Assembly: GCA_964559685.1 (NCBI GenBank)
Contig: CAZLHR010000004.1
Location: forward strand, 15,389-79,388
Direction: 5' to 3'
Source of the DNA: an uncultured Lishizhenia sp.
Lineage (GTDB): Bacteria > Bacteroidota > Bacteroidia > Flavobacteriales_D > Crocinitomicaceae
DNA: 64,000 bases
Part shown: one piece after another, positions 9,852 to 18,984 of the stretch
How the letters are laid out: every line of letters starts with the position of its first letter
Position numbering within the stretch: the stretch's first letter is position 1
The notes under the pieces: model-generated
Seen by the model: only the letters and a program-made list of their open reading frames with translations
Databases searched by the model: none
Told to the model about the DNA's origin: nothing
Program-made: the position numbers and the translations under genes

Positions 9852-9867
9852 TAGCAATCTATTTATT

Positions 9868-10815
9868 ATGTCGAATGTATTAGTCATTGGAGCAGGAGGT
9901 CAAATTGGGACTGAATTAGTGCTCGAATTGCGCAAGAAACACGGAGATCAAAACGTTGTTGCTGCTGATATTAAAATCGAGTGTCCACCTTTATTGACAG
10001 GCGGGCCATACGTGCAAATGGATGTTTTGAATCGAGATGCTGTTAGAAACTATATCATATACAAAGGATTCGATGAAGTTTATCTTCTTGCCGCATTGTT
10101 ATCCGCTACTGCTGAGAAAAATCCAGATTTTGCTTGGAAATTAAATATGGAGGGTTTGTTTACCATATTAGACTTAGCCAAAGAAGGGCATATAAAAAAA
10201 ATTTTCTGGCCAAGTTCTATCGCTGTTTTTGGGCCAACAACACCAGCTGATCACACACCACAAACTACCATAATGGAACCCACTACTGTATACGGAATTT
10301 CAAAACTTGCTGGAGAAAGATGGTGCGAGTATTATCATACAAAATATGGAGTAGACGTTCGCAGTATACGTTACCCTGGTTTAATCTCATACAAATCTTT
10401 ACCCGGTGGCGGAACAACCGATTATGCCGTGGATATTTTCTACAAGGCCAAAGCCACGAATGCTTACACGTGTTTTTTATCAGAAAATACAGCCCTGCCG
10501 ATGATGTTCATGGATGATGCAATTAGAGCAACAATTGAACTCATGAATGCTCCGAAGGAGACAATTAGAATTCGATCAGCTTATAATTTAGGTGGAATAA
10601 GCTTTACACCAAAGCAATTAAATGCAGCAATTACGAGAGTGCTTCCTAATTTTCAAATGTCTTACACGCCCGATTTTAGGCAAGAAATAGCAGACTCTTG
10701 GCCTAATTCAATTGACGATTCACAAGCAAGAAAGGATTGGAATTGGCAACATGAATACGATTTAGAAGGCCTTGTAGACGTCATGTTGGCAAATGTCGAT
10801 GTGAATCTTTTTTAA
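9868..10815 (+). CDS. tdh: L-threonine 3-dehydrogenase, NAD-dependent epimerase/dehydratase (extended SDR) type
   Basis: GAGGQIG Rossmann motif, YGISKLAGE (YxxxK), and RYPGLISYKSLPGGGTTDYAVDIF, which closely resembles the SDR-type TDH signature. Confidence 0.7.
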   Translation: MSNVLVIGAGGQIGTELVLELRKKHGDQNVVAADIKIECPPLLTGGPYVQMDVLNRDAVRNYIIYKGFDEVYLLAALLSATAEKNPDFAWKLNMEGLFTILDLAKEGHIKKIFWPSSIAVFGPTTPADHTPQTTIMEPTTVYGISKLAGERWCEYYHTKYGVDVRSIRYPGLISYKSLPGGGTTDYAVDIFYKAKATNAYTCFLSENTALPMMFMDDAIRATIELMNAPKETIRIRSAYNLGGISFTPKQLNAAITRVLPNFQMSYTPDFRQEIADSWPNSIDDSQARKDWNWQHEYDLEGLVDVMLANVDVNLF

Positions 10816-10922
10816 TTTTTTTTATTTTCTATAAGTCTTACCGGTTAAGAATTCTGTAGTTATAAACTCGCTTTTTTATTTTTTGTTTAACATTTTTTTG
10901 TTTTTATTATACATTTTTTGTT

Positions 10923-10930
10923 TAACTTTG
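10923..10930 (+). promoter_or_regulatory. -7 box TAACTTTG upstream of the ECF sigma/crt operon
   Basis: Exact TAnnTTTG match 32 nt upstream of the ATG at 10963, inside a T-rich 147-nt intergenic region. Confidence 0.3.
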
Positions 10931-10962
10931 GATTGTTATTAATTAAACAAAATTATAAAGCT

Positions 10963-11475
10963 ATGTCAACTCTAGAATTTAATGATGCACTAATTGGGAT
11001 TGAAGGTAACTTACAGTCGTTTGCGATGAGTTTTACTCGGAATCGCGAAGATGCTCGTGATCTTACACAGGAGACCATGCTTAAAGCAATCACCTACAGA
11101 AATTATTACACGCCACAGACCAACTTTAAAGCTTGGGTATTTACTATCATGCGAAACATCTTTATTAATCAGTACCGCAGAAGAGTTAAATCGGGAACTA
11201 TATTTGATAATTCGAAAGATTTATTTCTAATATCCAATTCAACTTCCCACGAAGAGACTCCATTAGAATTAATTTCCGTTAAAGATATTAGAAGTAAAAT
11301 CAATGCATTGACGGAAGACTATAAAGAGCCTTTTGAAATGCACTTTGCAGGTTTCAAGTACAAGGAAATTGCAGATAAATTAAATATTCCTATTGGTACT
11401 GTAAAAAGCCGTATATTTATAGCGAGAAAAAGGCTGATGGAACAACTTCCTGACTATTCATTCTCAGCCAATTAA
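10963..11475 (+). CDS. ECF-type RNA polymerase sigma-70 family factor
   Basis: Start taken at Met16. Region 2 (DLTQETMLKAITYRNYY...WVFTIMRNIFINQYRR) and region 4 HTH (YKEIADKLNIPIGTVKSRIFIARKRL) are present. The stop is 3 nt before the crtI ATG. Confidence 0.8.
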   Translation: MSTLEFNDALIGIEGNLQSFAMSFTRNREDARDLTQETMLKAITYRNYYTPQTNFKAWVFTIMRNIFINQYRRRVKSGTIFDNSKDLFLISNSTSHEETPLELISVKDIRSKINALTEDYKEPFEMHFAGFKYKEIADKLNIPIGTVKSRIFIARKRLMEQLPDYSFSAN

Positions 11476-11478
11476 TCC

Positions 11479-12951
11479 ATGAAAAACAAGGTAACCGTCT
11501 TAGGAGCAGGAATTTCGAGCCTCTCCGCTGCCTCATTTCTTGCTAAAAATAATTATGATGTTACCATTCTCGAAAAAAACGCGACGATTGGAGGCAGAGC
11601 TCGTCAATTCAAAGAACAAGGTTTTGTTTTTGATATGGGTCCAAGTTGGTATTGGATGCCGGACGTTTTTGAAAGATTTTACAATGAGTTTGGCTACACC
11701 ACTTCTGATTTCTACGAATTAAAACGATTGGATCCCTCCTACCGTGTATATTGGTCGGATAAAAGTTATACAGATGTTCCTGCTTCCATGGAAGCGTTGG
11801 AGCAATGGTTTGAGTCATTGGAATCAGGTAGTTCTAAAAGTCTTAGGAAATTCTTAGAAGACGCAAAATATAAATACGATGTTGGAATTAATGATTTAGT
11901 GCACAAACCAAGCTTGAGTATATTCGAATTTGCGGATAGACGCGTTCTTTCAGGTTTGTTTTCCATGCACCTATTATCCTCCTTTTCATCTTACATTAGA
12001 AAGTATTTTAAACATCCGAAAATTCTTTCCTTACTTGAATTTCCAGTGTTGTTTTTGGGCGCAATGCCGAATGAAACTCCCGCCCTTTATTCATTAATGA
12101 ATTATGCCGACATTTCACTAGGTACTTGGTATCCCATGGGTGGAATGTATAAGTTTGTAGAGGCTTTCGAAAAAATTGCCAAAGAGCAAGGAGTATCTAT
12201 ACTCACAAACAGCGAAGTGAGTGGGTTCAATTACAAAGGAAATCAGGCTACTAGCGCGAAAGTAAATGGAATGGACTTTCCTTCTGATATTTTCATCTCA
12301 GGTGCAGATTATCAACACACAGATCGGCATTTACTTAATGGAAATGCAAATTATTCTGACGGTTATTGGAACAAAAGAACAATGGCTCCTTCTAGCTTGC
12401 TTTTCTATGTAGGTGTTAATAAAAAACTACAAAATCTTCAGCACCATAATTTGTTTTTTGATGAATCGCTTGAAGAACATGGAAAAGAGATTTATAAAAA
12501 TCCGAAATGGCCTACGAATCCTCTGTTTTACCTGAGCGTAACGTCCGTATCAGACCCTAGTGTTGCACCCGAAGGAATGGAAAATTTATTTTTCTTGATT
12601 CCCATAGCTCCTGACCTAAAAGATGATGAAGATACTAGGAATAGATATTTTGATATTTTGGTTAAAAGACTTTGTGATTTAACAGGCAACGATATATCAA
12701 ACAATATTGTTTACAAAAGAAGCTTTTGTATCAGTGATTTCAAGAAAGATTATCATGCTTTTAAAGGAAATGCATATGGCCTAGCAAACACGTTACGTCA
12801 AACAGCGATACTAAAACCAAGATTAAAGAATAAACACTTGAAGAACTTTTTTTATACCGGACAGCTAACCGTTCCCGGCCCAGGTGTTCCTCCTTCTATA
12901 ATTTCTGGAGAAGTTGTTGCTAAACACATTATTAAAAATACCAAAAACTAA
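11479..12951 (+). CDS. crtI: phytoene desaturase
   Basis: 490 aa with an N-terminal FAD fold (VLGAGISSLSAASFLAKNNYDVTILEKNATIGGRA) and a C-terminal GQLTVPGPGVPPSIISG motif. Confidence 0.9.
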   Translation: MKNKVTVLGAGISSLSAASFLAKNNYDVTILEKNATIGGRARQFKEQGFVFDMGPSWYWMPDVFERFYNEFGYTTSDFYELKRLDPSYRVYWSDKSYTDVPASMEALEQWFESLESGSSKSLRKFLEDAKYKYDVGINDLVHKPSLSIFEFADRRVLSGLFSMHLLSSFSSYIRKYFKHPKILSLLEFPVLFLGAMPNETPALYSLMNYADISLGTWYPMGGMYKFVEAFEKIAKEQGVSILTNSEVSGFNYKGNQATSAKVNGMDFPSDIFISGADYQHTDRHLLNGNANYSDGYWNKRTMAPSSLLFYVGVNKKLQNLQHHNLFFDESLEEHGKEIYKNPKWPTNPLFYLSVTSVSDPSVAPEGMENLFFLIPIAPDLKDDEDTRNRYFDILVKRLCDLTGNDISNNIVYKRSFCISDFKKDYHAFKGNAYGLANTLRQTAILKPRLKNKHLKNFFYTGQLTVPGPGVPPSIISGEVVAKHIIKNTKN

Positions 12952-12954
12952 AAC

Positions 12955-13791
12955 ATGAAACAGTTATTCGATGATGTCAGTCAAGAAATGAGTAAGTTAA
13001 CGACTAAACGTTACAGTACTTCATTTTCACTTGGAATTAGATTTCTACATCCCGATTTACACAAACCGATATATTCCATTTATGGTTTTGTGCGTTTCGC
13101 AGATGAAATAGTGGATACGTTTCATGATTTCGATAAAGCTGCGCTATTAAATTCATTTAAGGAAGATACTTACAAAGCAATTAATGAGGGAATTTCACTA
13201 AACCCTATTTTAAACTCTTTCCAATGGGTAGTTAACACCTATCAAATTCCTCACGATCTGATTGATACATTTTTAAATTCCATGGAAATGGATTTAAATA
13301 AAAGCGCCTACGACCAATCAAAGTATGAAGAGTACATTCTCGGATCCGCAGAAGTAGTTGGCTTAATGTGTCTTAAAGTTTTCGTAGAAGGAGACCAAAA
13401 AAATTACGTAGATCTGAAGCCATATGCCATGAAACTTGGTGCTGCTTTCCAAAAAATAAATTTCCTACGCGATCTAAAAGCGGATTATCAAGAATTAGGC
13501 AGAACGTATTTTCCAGGAATAGATTTACAAGAATTTAATGCCACTGTTAAGAAGGAAATTGAGGCAGATATCGAATTAGATTTTCATCAAGGATATTTGG
13601 GCATCCTGAAACTTCCCAAAAAAGCCAGATTTGGTGTCTATATGGCTTATAAATATTATTTCAAACTTTTCAAAAAAATCAAACGGACTCCTGCAAATAC
13701 TATTTTAAATGAAAGAGTACGTATTCCGAACTACCGTAAAGTGAGAATTTTGTTAACATCATACTTAAGACACAACTTAAATTTGTTGTAA
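12955..13791 (+). CDS. crtB: phytoene synthase
   Basis: 278 aa with YSTSFSLGIRFL, a YGFVRFADEIVD aspartate-rich motif and FQKINFLRDLKAD. Confidence 0.9.
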   Translation: MKQLFDDVSQEMSKLTTKRYSTSFSLGIRFLHPDLHKPIYSIYGFVRFADEIVDTFHDFDKAALLNSFKEDTYKAINEGISLNPILNSFQWVVNTYQIPHDLIDTFLNSMEMDLNKSAYDQSKYEEYILGSAEVVGLMCLKVFVEGDQKNYVDLKPYAMKLGAAFQKINFLRDLKADYQELGRTYFPGIDLQEFNATVKKEIEADIELDFHQGYLGILKLPKKARFGVYMAYKYYFKLFKKIKRTPANTILNERVRIPNYRKVRILLTSYLRHNLNLL

Positions 13792-14330
13792 TGCATCAAA
13801 ACCTTGTGGTATTAGTCAATGAATTAGACCAAGAAGTTGGTCTAATGGATAAATTAGAGGCTCATCAAAAAGGACTATTACATCGGGCTTTTTCTGTTCT
13901 TATCTTCAATACAAAAAACGAGTTACTCTTGCAAAGACGCGCTTTTGGAAAATACCATTCTGAAGGCCTGTGGACAAATACCTGTTGTAGTCATCCTTAC
14001 CCAGGTGAAACGATTAAAGATGCCGGTGAAAGAAGATTAAAAGAAGAGATGGGTATGGAAGTAGAGCTCGAAGAAGTCTTCCAATTTGTTTACAAATCAC
14101 AGCTCGATAATGAGCTCACCGAGTACGAGCTTGACCATATTCTCGTGGGATATTCAGACGATACACCGCATTTAAATTTAGATGAAGTGAGTGCATTCGC
14201 TTGGAAAAACCTAGACGAAATTAGAACTGAAATTATAGCGAATGCCGATCAGTATACAGCTTGGTTTAAAATATTGATGACCGATCATTTCGATCAACTT
14301 AAAAGCATAGATACTTATGAAAGTTTGTAG
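13791..14330 (+). CDS. idi: isopentenyl-diphosphate delta-isomerase, type 1 (Nudix)
   Basis: LHRAFSVLIFNTKNELLLQRRA...KYHSEGLWTNTCCSHP...GERRLKEEMG. The ATG overlaps the crtB stop (TAATG). Confidence 0.85.
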   Translation: MHQNLVVLVNELDQEVGLMDKLEAHQKGLLHRAFSVLIFNTKNELLLQRRAFGKYHSEGLWTNTCCSHPYPGETIKDAGERRLKEEMGMEVELEEVFQFVYKSQLDNELTEYELDHILVGYSDDTPHLNLDEVSAFAWKNLDEIRTEIIANADQYTAWFKILMTDHFDQLKSIDTYESL

Positions 14331-14733
14331 GAGGGCAACATTCAACAGTGCGCACCGCCTCTATCGAAAAGATTGGACGGACGAAAAAAACAAAGCCGTT
14401 TTTGGCAAATGTAGTAATGAAAATTTCCATGGTCACAATTACACATTGGAAGTTTGGATATCTGGCAATGTAAATCAGGAAACAGGATATTTAATTGACC
14501 TGAAAATAGTTAAAGATTTGATTAAAGAAGAAATTAGCGATCGATTTGACCATAAAAACCTGAACCTCGATTGTCCGGAATTCAAGGATTTAAATCCCAC
14601 TGCAGAAAATATCGCTATCGTATGCTGGAATTTACTTCGTTCGAAATTAGCAACTGAATATGGCCTTACCGTTAAACTCTGGGAAACGGAGAATAACAGT
14701 GTAGAATACGACGGTGTCAATCAAATTTATTGA
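14317..14733 (+). CDS. queD: 6-carboxytetrahydropterin / 6-pyruvoyl-tetrahydropterin synthase family protein
   Basis: 138 aa with FNSAHRL, a CSNENFHGHNY (Cys plus HGH) zinc/catalytic signature and LWETENNSVEY. It overlaps idi by 14 nt. Confidence 0.8.
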   Translation: MKVCRRATFNSAHRLYRKDWTDEKNKAVFGKCSNENFHGHNYTLEVWISGNVNQETGYLIDLKIVKDLIKEEISDRFDHKNLNLDCPEFKDLNPTAENIAIVCWNLLRSKLATEYGLTVKLWETENNSVEYDGVNQIY

Positions 14734-14801
14734 ATTTTAATACTTGAAATATTAGCGTGGAAACTTTCAAATCATATTTGTCTTTATAAAAAATACAAAC
14801 A

Positions 14802-16100
14802 ATGTTTAAATCAATCTTTTGGCACAGACGAGATTTAAGAATACACGACAATTCAGGGCTTTTTAAAGCACTCACAAGCGGTTATAAAATACAGCCAGTA
14901 TTTATTTTCGATACCACTATTCTGGATAAACTTCCACGCAACGACAAACGAATATTGTTTATCCATAATGAACTTCAATACATTAAAAAGCAATACCAAA
15001 AATTCAATAGCGACCTACTTGTTTTGGTAGGAAACCCAACTGAAGTCATTCCTCACCTTATGGAAAAAGGTCAGTTTTCTTCATTATATACCAACAGAGA
15101 TTATGAACCTTATGCTAAGCAACGCGATTCACATATTTTTAATCAATTAGCAAAGGTTAATAAACCTTTTATCGGATCAAAAGATCATGTAATTTTTGAA
15201 AAAGAGGAGGTGATTAAAGATGACGGAACCCCTTACACTGTTTTTACTCCATATGCAAAAAAATGGAAAAGTAAATTGAGCGAAGAAGCATTTGAATATG
15301 CCCCAAGTGAAAACCATTTAGATAATTTATTGGCATGTGAGCCACAACCATTGGTATCGTTGGAAGAACTAGGATTTAGTGAAACTATCGAAGGTAGCTT
15401 TCCGCAAAAAGAAATCACCATAGATCGAATTAAAAATTATGCACAACTTCGCGATATTCCATCAGAAAATGGCACTTCTCGCTTAAGTGTTCATATACGA
15501 TTTGGAACAATAAGTATACGTGAGTTGGCAAAAAAAGCAATTGAAAGTAGTGATACTTTTTTGAACGAATTAATTTGGAGGGACTTTTATCAAATGATAA
15601 TTTATCACTTCCCATCCTCTGTTTCTTCTGCATTTAAACCTAAATACGATTTAATAGAATGGGAAAATAACAAGAATCATTTCCATGCGTGGTGTGTAGG
15701 AAAAACAGGTTATCCTCTCGTTGATGCAGGGATGCGCGAATTGAATGAAACGGGATTCATGCATAACCGTGTTCGTATGGTAGTCGCTAGTTTTTTAACA
15801 AAACACCTACTTATTGATTGGCGTTGGGGAGAAGCATACTTTGCAGAGAAACTTTTGGATTTTGAATTGGCAAGTAACGTAGGTGGTTGGCAATGGGCAG
15901 CGAGTTCAGGTTGTGATGCCGCTCCTTATTTTAGAGTGTTCAATCCCTATTCACAGCAAGAAAAGTTTGATAAATCATTAAAATATATCAAAAAATGGGT
16001 GCCAGAATACGGAACGGACGATTATCCGGAACCCATAGTTGAACATACATTTGCACGAAACCGCGTGCTTGATAGATACAAAAAAGCACTAACCACTTAA
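14802..16100 (+). CDS. phrB: deoxyribodipyrimidine (CPD) photolyase, class I
   Basis: 432 aa with WHRRDLRIHDN, TGYPLVDAGMRELNETGFMHNRVRMVVASFLTKHL, and GGWQWAASSGCDAAPYFRVFNP. Confidence 0.9.
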   Translation: MFKSIFWHRRDLRIHDNSGLFKALTSGYKIQPVFIFDTTILDKLPRNDKRILFIHNELQYIKKQYQKFNSDLLVLVGNPTEVIPHLMEKGQFSSLYTNRDYEPYAKQRDSHIFNQLAKVNKPFIGSKDHVIFEKEEVIKDDGTPYTVFTPYAKKWKSKLSEEAFEYAPSENHLDNLLACEPQPLVSLEELGFSETIEGSFPQKEITIDRIKNYAQLRDIPSENGTSRLSVHIRFGTISIRELAKKAIESSDTFLNELIWRDFYQMIIYHFPSSVSSAFKPKYDLIEWENNKNHFHAWCVGKTGYPLVDAGMRELNETGFMHNRVRMVVASFLTKHLLIDWRWGEAYFAEKLLDFELASNVGGWQWAASSGCDAAPYFRVFNPYSQQEKFDKSLKYIKKWVPEYGTDDYPEPIVEHTFARNRVLDRYKKALTT

Positions 16101-16109
16101 AAAAATCGC

Positions 16110-16565
16110 ATGCAAATAGGAGATAATTGTCCAACTTTTCAACTTATTGATCAAAATGGACGCAAAATACATTCAGATACCTTCAAAGGAAAGAAAACTG
16201 TCATCTATTTTTATCCGAAGGACGATACTCCTGGTTGCACAAAAGAAGCCTGTGCCTTCAGAGATAGCTACGAAGATTTCTTAGAATACGATTGTCAGGT
16301 AATTGGGATTTCCTCAGACACTGAAGAAAAACACTTACAATTCACTCAAAAACATCGACTTCCCTTTACCCTTCTCGCAGATTCCGATGGTAAGATTAGA
16401 AAATTATTTAATGTCCCTTCTTCGTTATTTGGATTGTTACCTGGACGTGTTACTTACATTTTTGATGAAAATTCAACATTGATTGGTGTCTTCAACTCGC
16501 AATTGAATCCATTGGGACATGTGCAAGAAGCACTTAAAATGGTAAAGGCTACGCAAAAAAAATAA
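16110..16565 (+). CDS. bcp: thioredoxin-dependent peroxiredoxin Bcp
   Basis: FYPKDDTPGCTKEAC (peroxidatic plus resolving Cys). 151 aa, 9 nt downstream of phrB. Confidence 0.85.
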   Translation: MQIGDNCPTFQLIDQNGRKIHSDTFKGKKTVIYFYPKDDTPGCTKEACAFRDSYEDFLEYDCQVIGISSDTEEKHLQFTQKHRLPFTLLADSDGKIRKLFNVPSSLFGLLPGRVTYIFDENSTLIGVFNSQLNPLGHVQEALKMVKATQKK

Positions 16566-16590
16566 TGAGTACCTTCGTCTATCATAAGAC

Positions 16591-17487
16591 ATGTCTGAAA
16601 TTCTTTCGGTACTTCATTTAGATAAAAAGTTTAGGCGCATTCATGCGGTTAAGGATGTTTCCTTTTCAGTCCAAAAAGGCAATGTGTATGGAATTCTCGG
16701 TCCAAATGGCAGCGGAAAATCAACAACGTTAGGATTATTACTTGGAACAATTAATCCTAGTGGCGGAAAATGGACATGGTTTAATAAGCCTGGCACAACT
16801 ACCGAGACATTATTTAGAATAGGCGCAATTATCGAACAACCAAATTTTTACAGTTATTTATCTGCCGAACAAAATCTTAAAATTGTAGCGAACATTAAGA
16901 AAATTGGATACAATCAAATAGATGAAAAACTTGCCTTAGTGGGTTTGTTAGCAAGAAAGAAGGATCGGTTTTCGACATTTTCGTTGGGCATGAAACAACG
17001 TCTTGCAATTGCCGCAGCGATGTTAGCGAATCCTGAAGTTTTAATTCTAGACGAACCAACGAACGGACTTGACCCTGAAGGAATAATTCAAATCAGGGAA
17101 CTCATAAAAAAAATAGCACAAACGGGAACTACCATACTTCTCGCTAGCCATCTATTGGATGAAGTAGAAAAAGTTTGTTCACATGTAATCATTCTAAAGG
17201 AAGGAAAATCCTTGTTCTGTGGTCGTGTTGAAGAGTTACTTTCACCTTTTGGAATATTGGAAATTGGTTCTCATGATCTCAAAGAGTTAAGCTCTTATTT
17301 CGTTGAATTCCCTGCTTTTGGAAATTACAAACAAGTGGGCAATGCCTTTGAAATCGAATTAAAAGAGGCCATAGATCCAGCGGTTGTAAACGCATTTTTT
17401 ATGAAAAAAGGTGTCGTTTTAACGCATATATTGAAACGAAATCAAAAACTTGAACAACAATTCATTGATCTAACACGACATGGGTAA
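16591..17487 (+). CDS. ABC transporter ATP-binding protein
   Basis: Walker A (GPNGSGKST), signature (FSLGMKQR) and Walker B (LILDEPTNGLD). Confidence 0.85.
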   Translation: MSEILSVLHLDKKFRRIHAVKDVSFSVQKGNVYGILGPNGSGKSTTLGLLLGTINPSGGKWTWFNKPGTTTETLFRIGAIIEQPNFYSYLSAEQNLKIVANIKKIGYNQIDEKLALVGLLARKKDRFSTFSLGMKQRLAIAAAMLANPEVLILDEPTNGLDPEGIIQIRELIKKIAQTGTTILLASHLLDEVEKVCSHVIILKEGKSLFCGRVEELLSPFGILEIGSHDLKELSSYFVEFPAFGNYKQVGNAFEIELKEAIDPAVVNAFFMKKGVVLTHILKRNQKLEQQFIDLTRHG

Positions 17488-18310
17488 TTTTTTTCGATTG
17501 GTATACATTGAGTGGTTAAAAAACTCATCTTACAAACCTGTTATCGTTTTTGGTATTCTCTATTTCGTTATATTAATATCCTTTGGACTTATTTGTGCTC
17601 AAAGTATTCCTTTTTTCGGAATTGAAGTTAATTTAATTGATCAAGGATTTTTGGAATTTCCTCAGCTTTGGAACTTTATGTTTTATATGGCTGGTTTGAA
17701 TAAGATTTTTTTAGGGATGATCATTATGTTTACTGTTACAAATGAATTCACGGAAAAACTATTTAAACAAAATCTCATTGACGGCCTATCAAAACGTGAA
17801 TACTTATTATCAAAAGTCTACACTATTCTTATTTTGAGTTTGGCATCAACACTTGTGGTTTATATCATTGGTCTTTGGCTCGGGTATACGTATTCTACGG
17901 TGACTGACACTGAATCGGTTAACAAAGAAATTTACTTTGCTTTCGGTTATTTTCTAAAACTCGTTAATTTTTTATTGTTCTTTTTACTCTTGAGTATTTT
18001 ATTAAAACGCATCGTACTCGTTTTGTTGAGTTTTTTCGTGTTGTACGTGTTTGAACTGATTTGCAGGGTGATAGAATTCAAGTTTTTTTCACCTAACATG
18101 AATGATGTAAAACCTTATAACGATTATTTCCCATTGGCCAATATGCACAGATTAGTAGACTATCCTTTCGAACGAATAAAGACAATTAGTCAACTTACCC
18201 AATCGGATTATGTATTCGCAATACCATGGGCTCATGTAGGGCTCTCGGTAATTTACTCGTTTATTTTTCTTCTCTTAACTTATATTCTTCTGTTGAAAAA
18301 AGATTGGTAA
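17480..18310 (+). CDS. ABC-2-type transporter permease
   Basis: Overlaps the ATPase gene by 8 nt. About 6 hydrophobic helices; no other motif recognised. Confidence 0.6.
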   Translation: MGNFFRLVYIEWLKNSSYKPVIVFGILYFVILISFGLICAQSIPFFGIEVNLIDQGFLEFPQLWNFMFYMAGLNKIFLGMIIMFTVTNEFTEKLFKQNLIDGLSKREYLLSKVYTILILSLASTLVVYIIGLWLGYTYSTVTDTESVNKEIYFAFGYFLKLVNFLLFFLLLSILLKRIVLVLLSFFVLYVFELICRVIEFKFFSPNMNDVKPYNDYFPLANMHRLVDYPFERIKTISQLTQSDYVFAIPWAHVGLSVIYSFIFLLLTYILLLKKDW

Positions 18311-18316
18311 ATAAAA

Positions 18317-18337
18317 AAGGCCACCAAAGGTGACCTT
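18317..18337. terminator. bidirectional hairpin between the ABC permease and yceI
   Basis: aaggccacc / ggtgacctt (8 of 9 bp, 3-nt loop) with flanking A and T runs, between convergent 3' ends. Confidence 0.5.
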
Positions 18338-18357
18338 ATCAAATAGCTGGTATAAAA

Positions 18358-18885
18358 CTAACTTTTGACAAATTGTAGTTCAGCAGTTAAATGTATATCA
18401 TCTCCAACAACCACCTTTCCTGCTTCTGTCACAGCACTCCAAGTGAGTCCAAAATCACTTCGCTTGATTTTTCCTTCAACTGTTAATCCCGCTTTGATTT
18501 GTCCATAAGGATCTTGAACGATACCGGCATACTCAGCGTTTAACACAACAGGTAATGTCTTTCCTTTTATCGTCATATTGCCATGAATTGCAAATTTATC
18601 TTCAGCAATTCTCTCAACTGATTTGGAAGCAAAATCTAATGTAGGATAATTCGCAGCATCGAAAAAGTCAGCAGAAATTAAATGCCCGTCTCTATCAGCA
18701 ACACCCGTTTGTATGCTATCAACATTCGCTGAAAAGGAAAATGAGGGTGATGTAAAATCGTCATCGGCAGTCTCTACTGTTGCCGAAAAGTTAGCAAATG
18801 ATCCACGTACGTTAGAAATCATCATGTGGCGCACCTTGAATCCAATTTCACTGTGCATGTTGTCAATATTCCATTTTGTTGTCAT
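18358..18885 (-). CDS. yceI: YceI-family polyisoprenoid-binding protein
   Basis: 175 aa with W.ID..HS.IGF.V.H, RDGHL.SADFFD and GDDI.L motifs. Confidence 0.85.
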   Translation of the reverse strand: MTTKWNIDNMHSEIGFKVRHMMISNVRGSFANFSATVETADDDFTSPSFSFSANVDSIQTGVADRDGHLISADFFDAANYPTLDFASKSVERIAEDKFAIHGNMTIKGKTLPVVLNAEYAGIVQDPYGQIKAGLTVEGKIKRSDFGLTWSAVTEAGKVVVGDDIHLTAELQFVKS

Positions 18886-18903
18886 AATTCGTATTTTTTT
18901 TTA

Positions 18904-18911
18904 CAAATGTA
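18904..18911 (-). promoter_or_regulatory. -7 box TACATTTG upstream of yceI
   Basis: Plus-strand caaatgta is TACATTTG on the minus strand. It lies 18 nt upstream of the yceI ATG (18885). Confidence 0.4.
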
Positions 18912-18973
18912 AAGCTCATTCATAATGAACTCGCTTGACATAGGTTAAGAACCGCATAAAGGAATTTTCTTCG

Positions 18974-18981
18974 TATCTTTG
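18974..18981 (+). promoter_or_regulatory. -7 box TATCTTTG only 3 nt upstream of the ATG at 18985
   Basis: Exact TAnnTTTG match. The track's TTG start (18979) lies inside the box, so ATG 18985 (MQKNILLFLFLLSS) is preferred. Confidence 0.4.
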
Positions 18982-18984
18982 GAT

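Noticed and set aside
9635-9867. 233-nt hmgA/tdh divergent intergenic region, inspected for a riboswitch or sRNA. The track's ORF 9487-9729 also falls here.
   Set aside because: The region is very AT-rich with no convincing conserved-looking helices. The only signals are TAnnTTTG-type boxes (9752-9759 on the minus strand, 9844-9851 on the plus strand). The 80-aa ORF overlaps the hmgA start on the other strand and looks spurious.
16591-18310. ABC ATPase of 298 aa plus permease, considered as gliding-motility GldA/GldF
   Set aside because: Only generic ABC motifs are visible. A gld assignment cannot be made from the sequence alone, and the context (bcp, yceI) gives no support.
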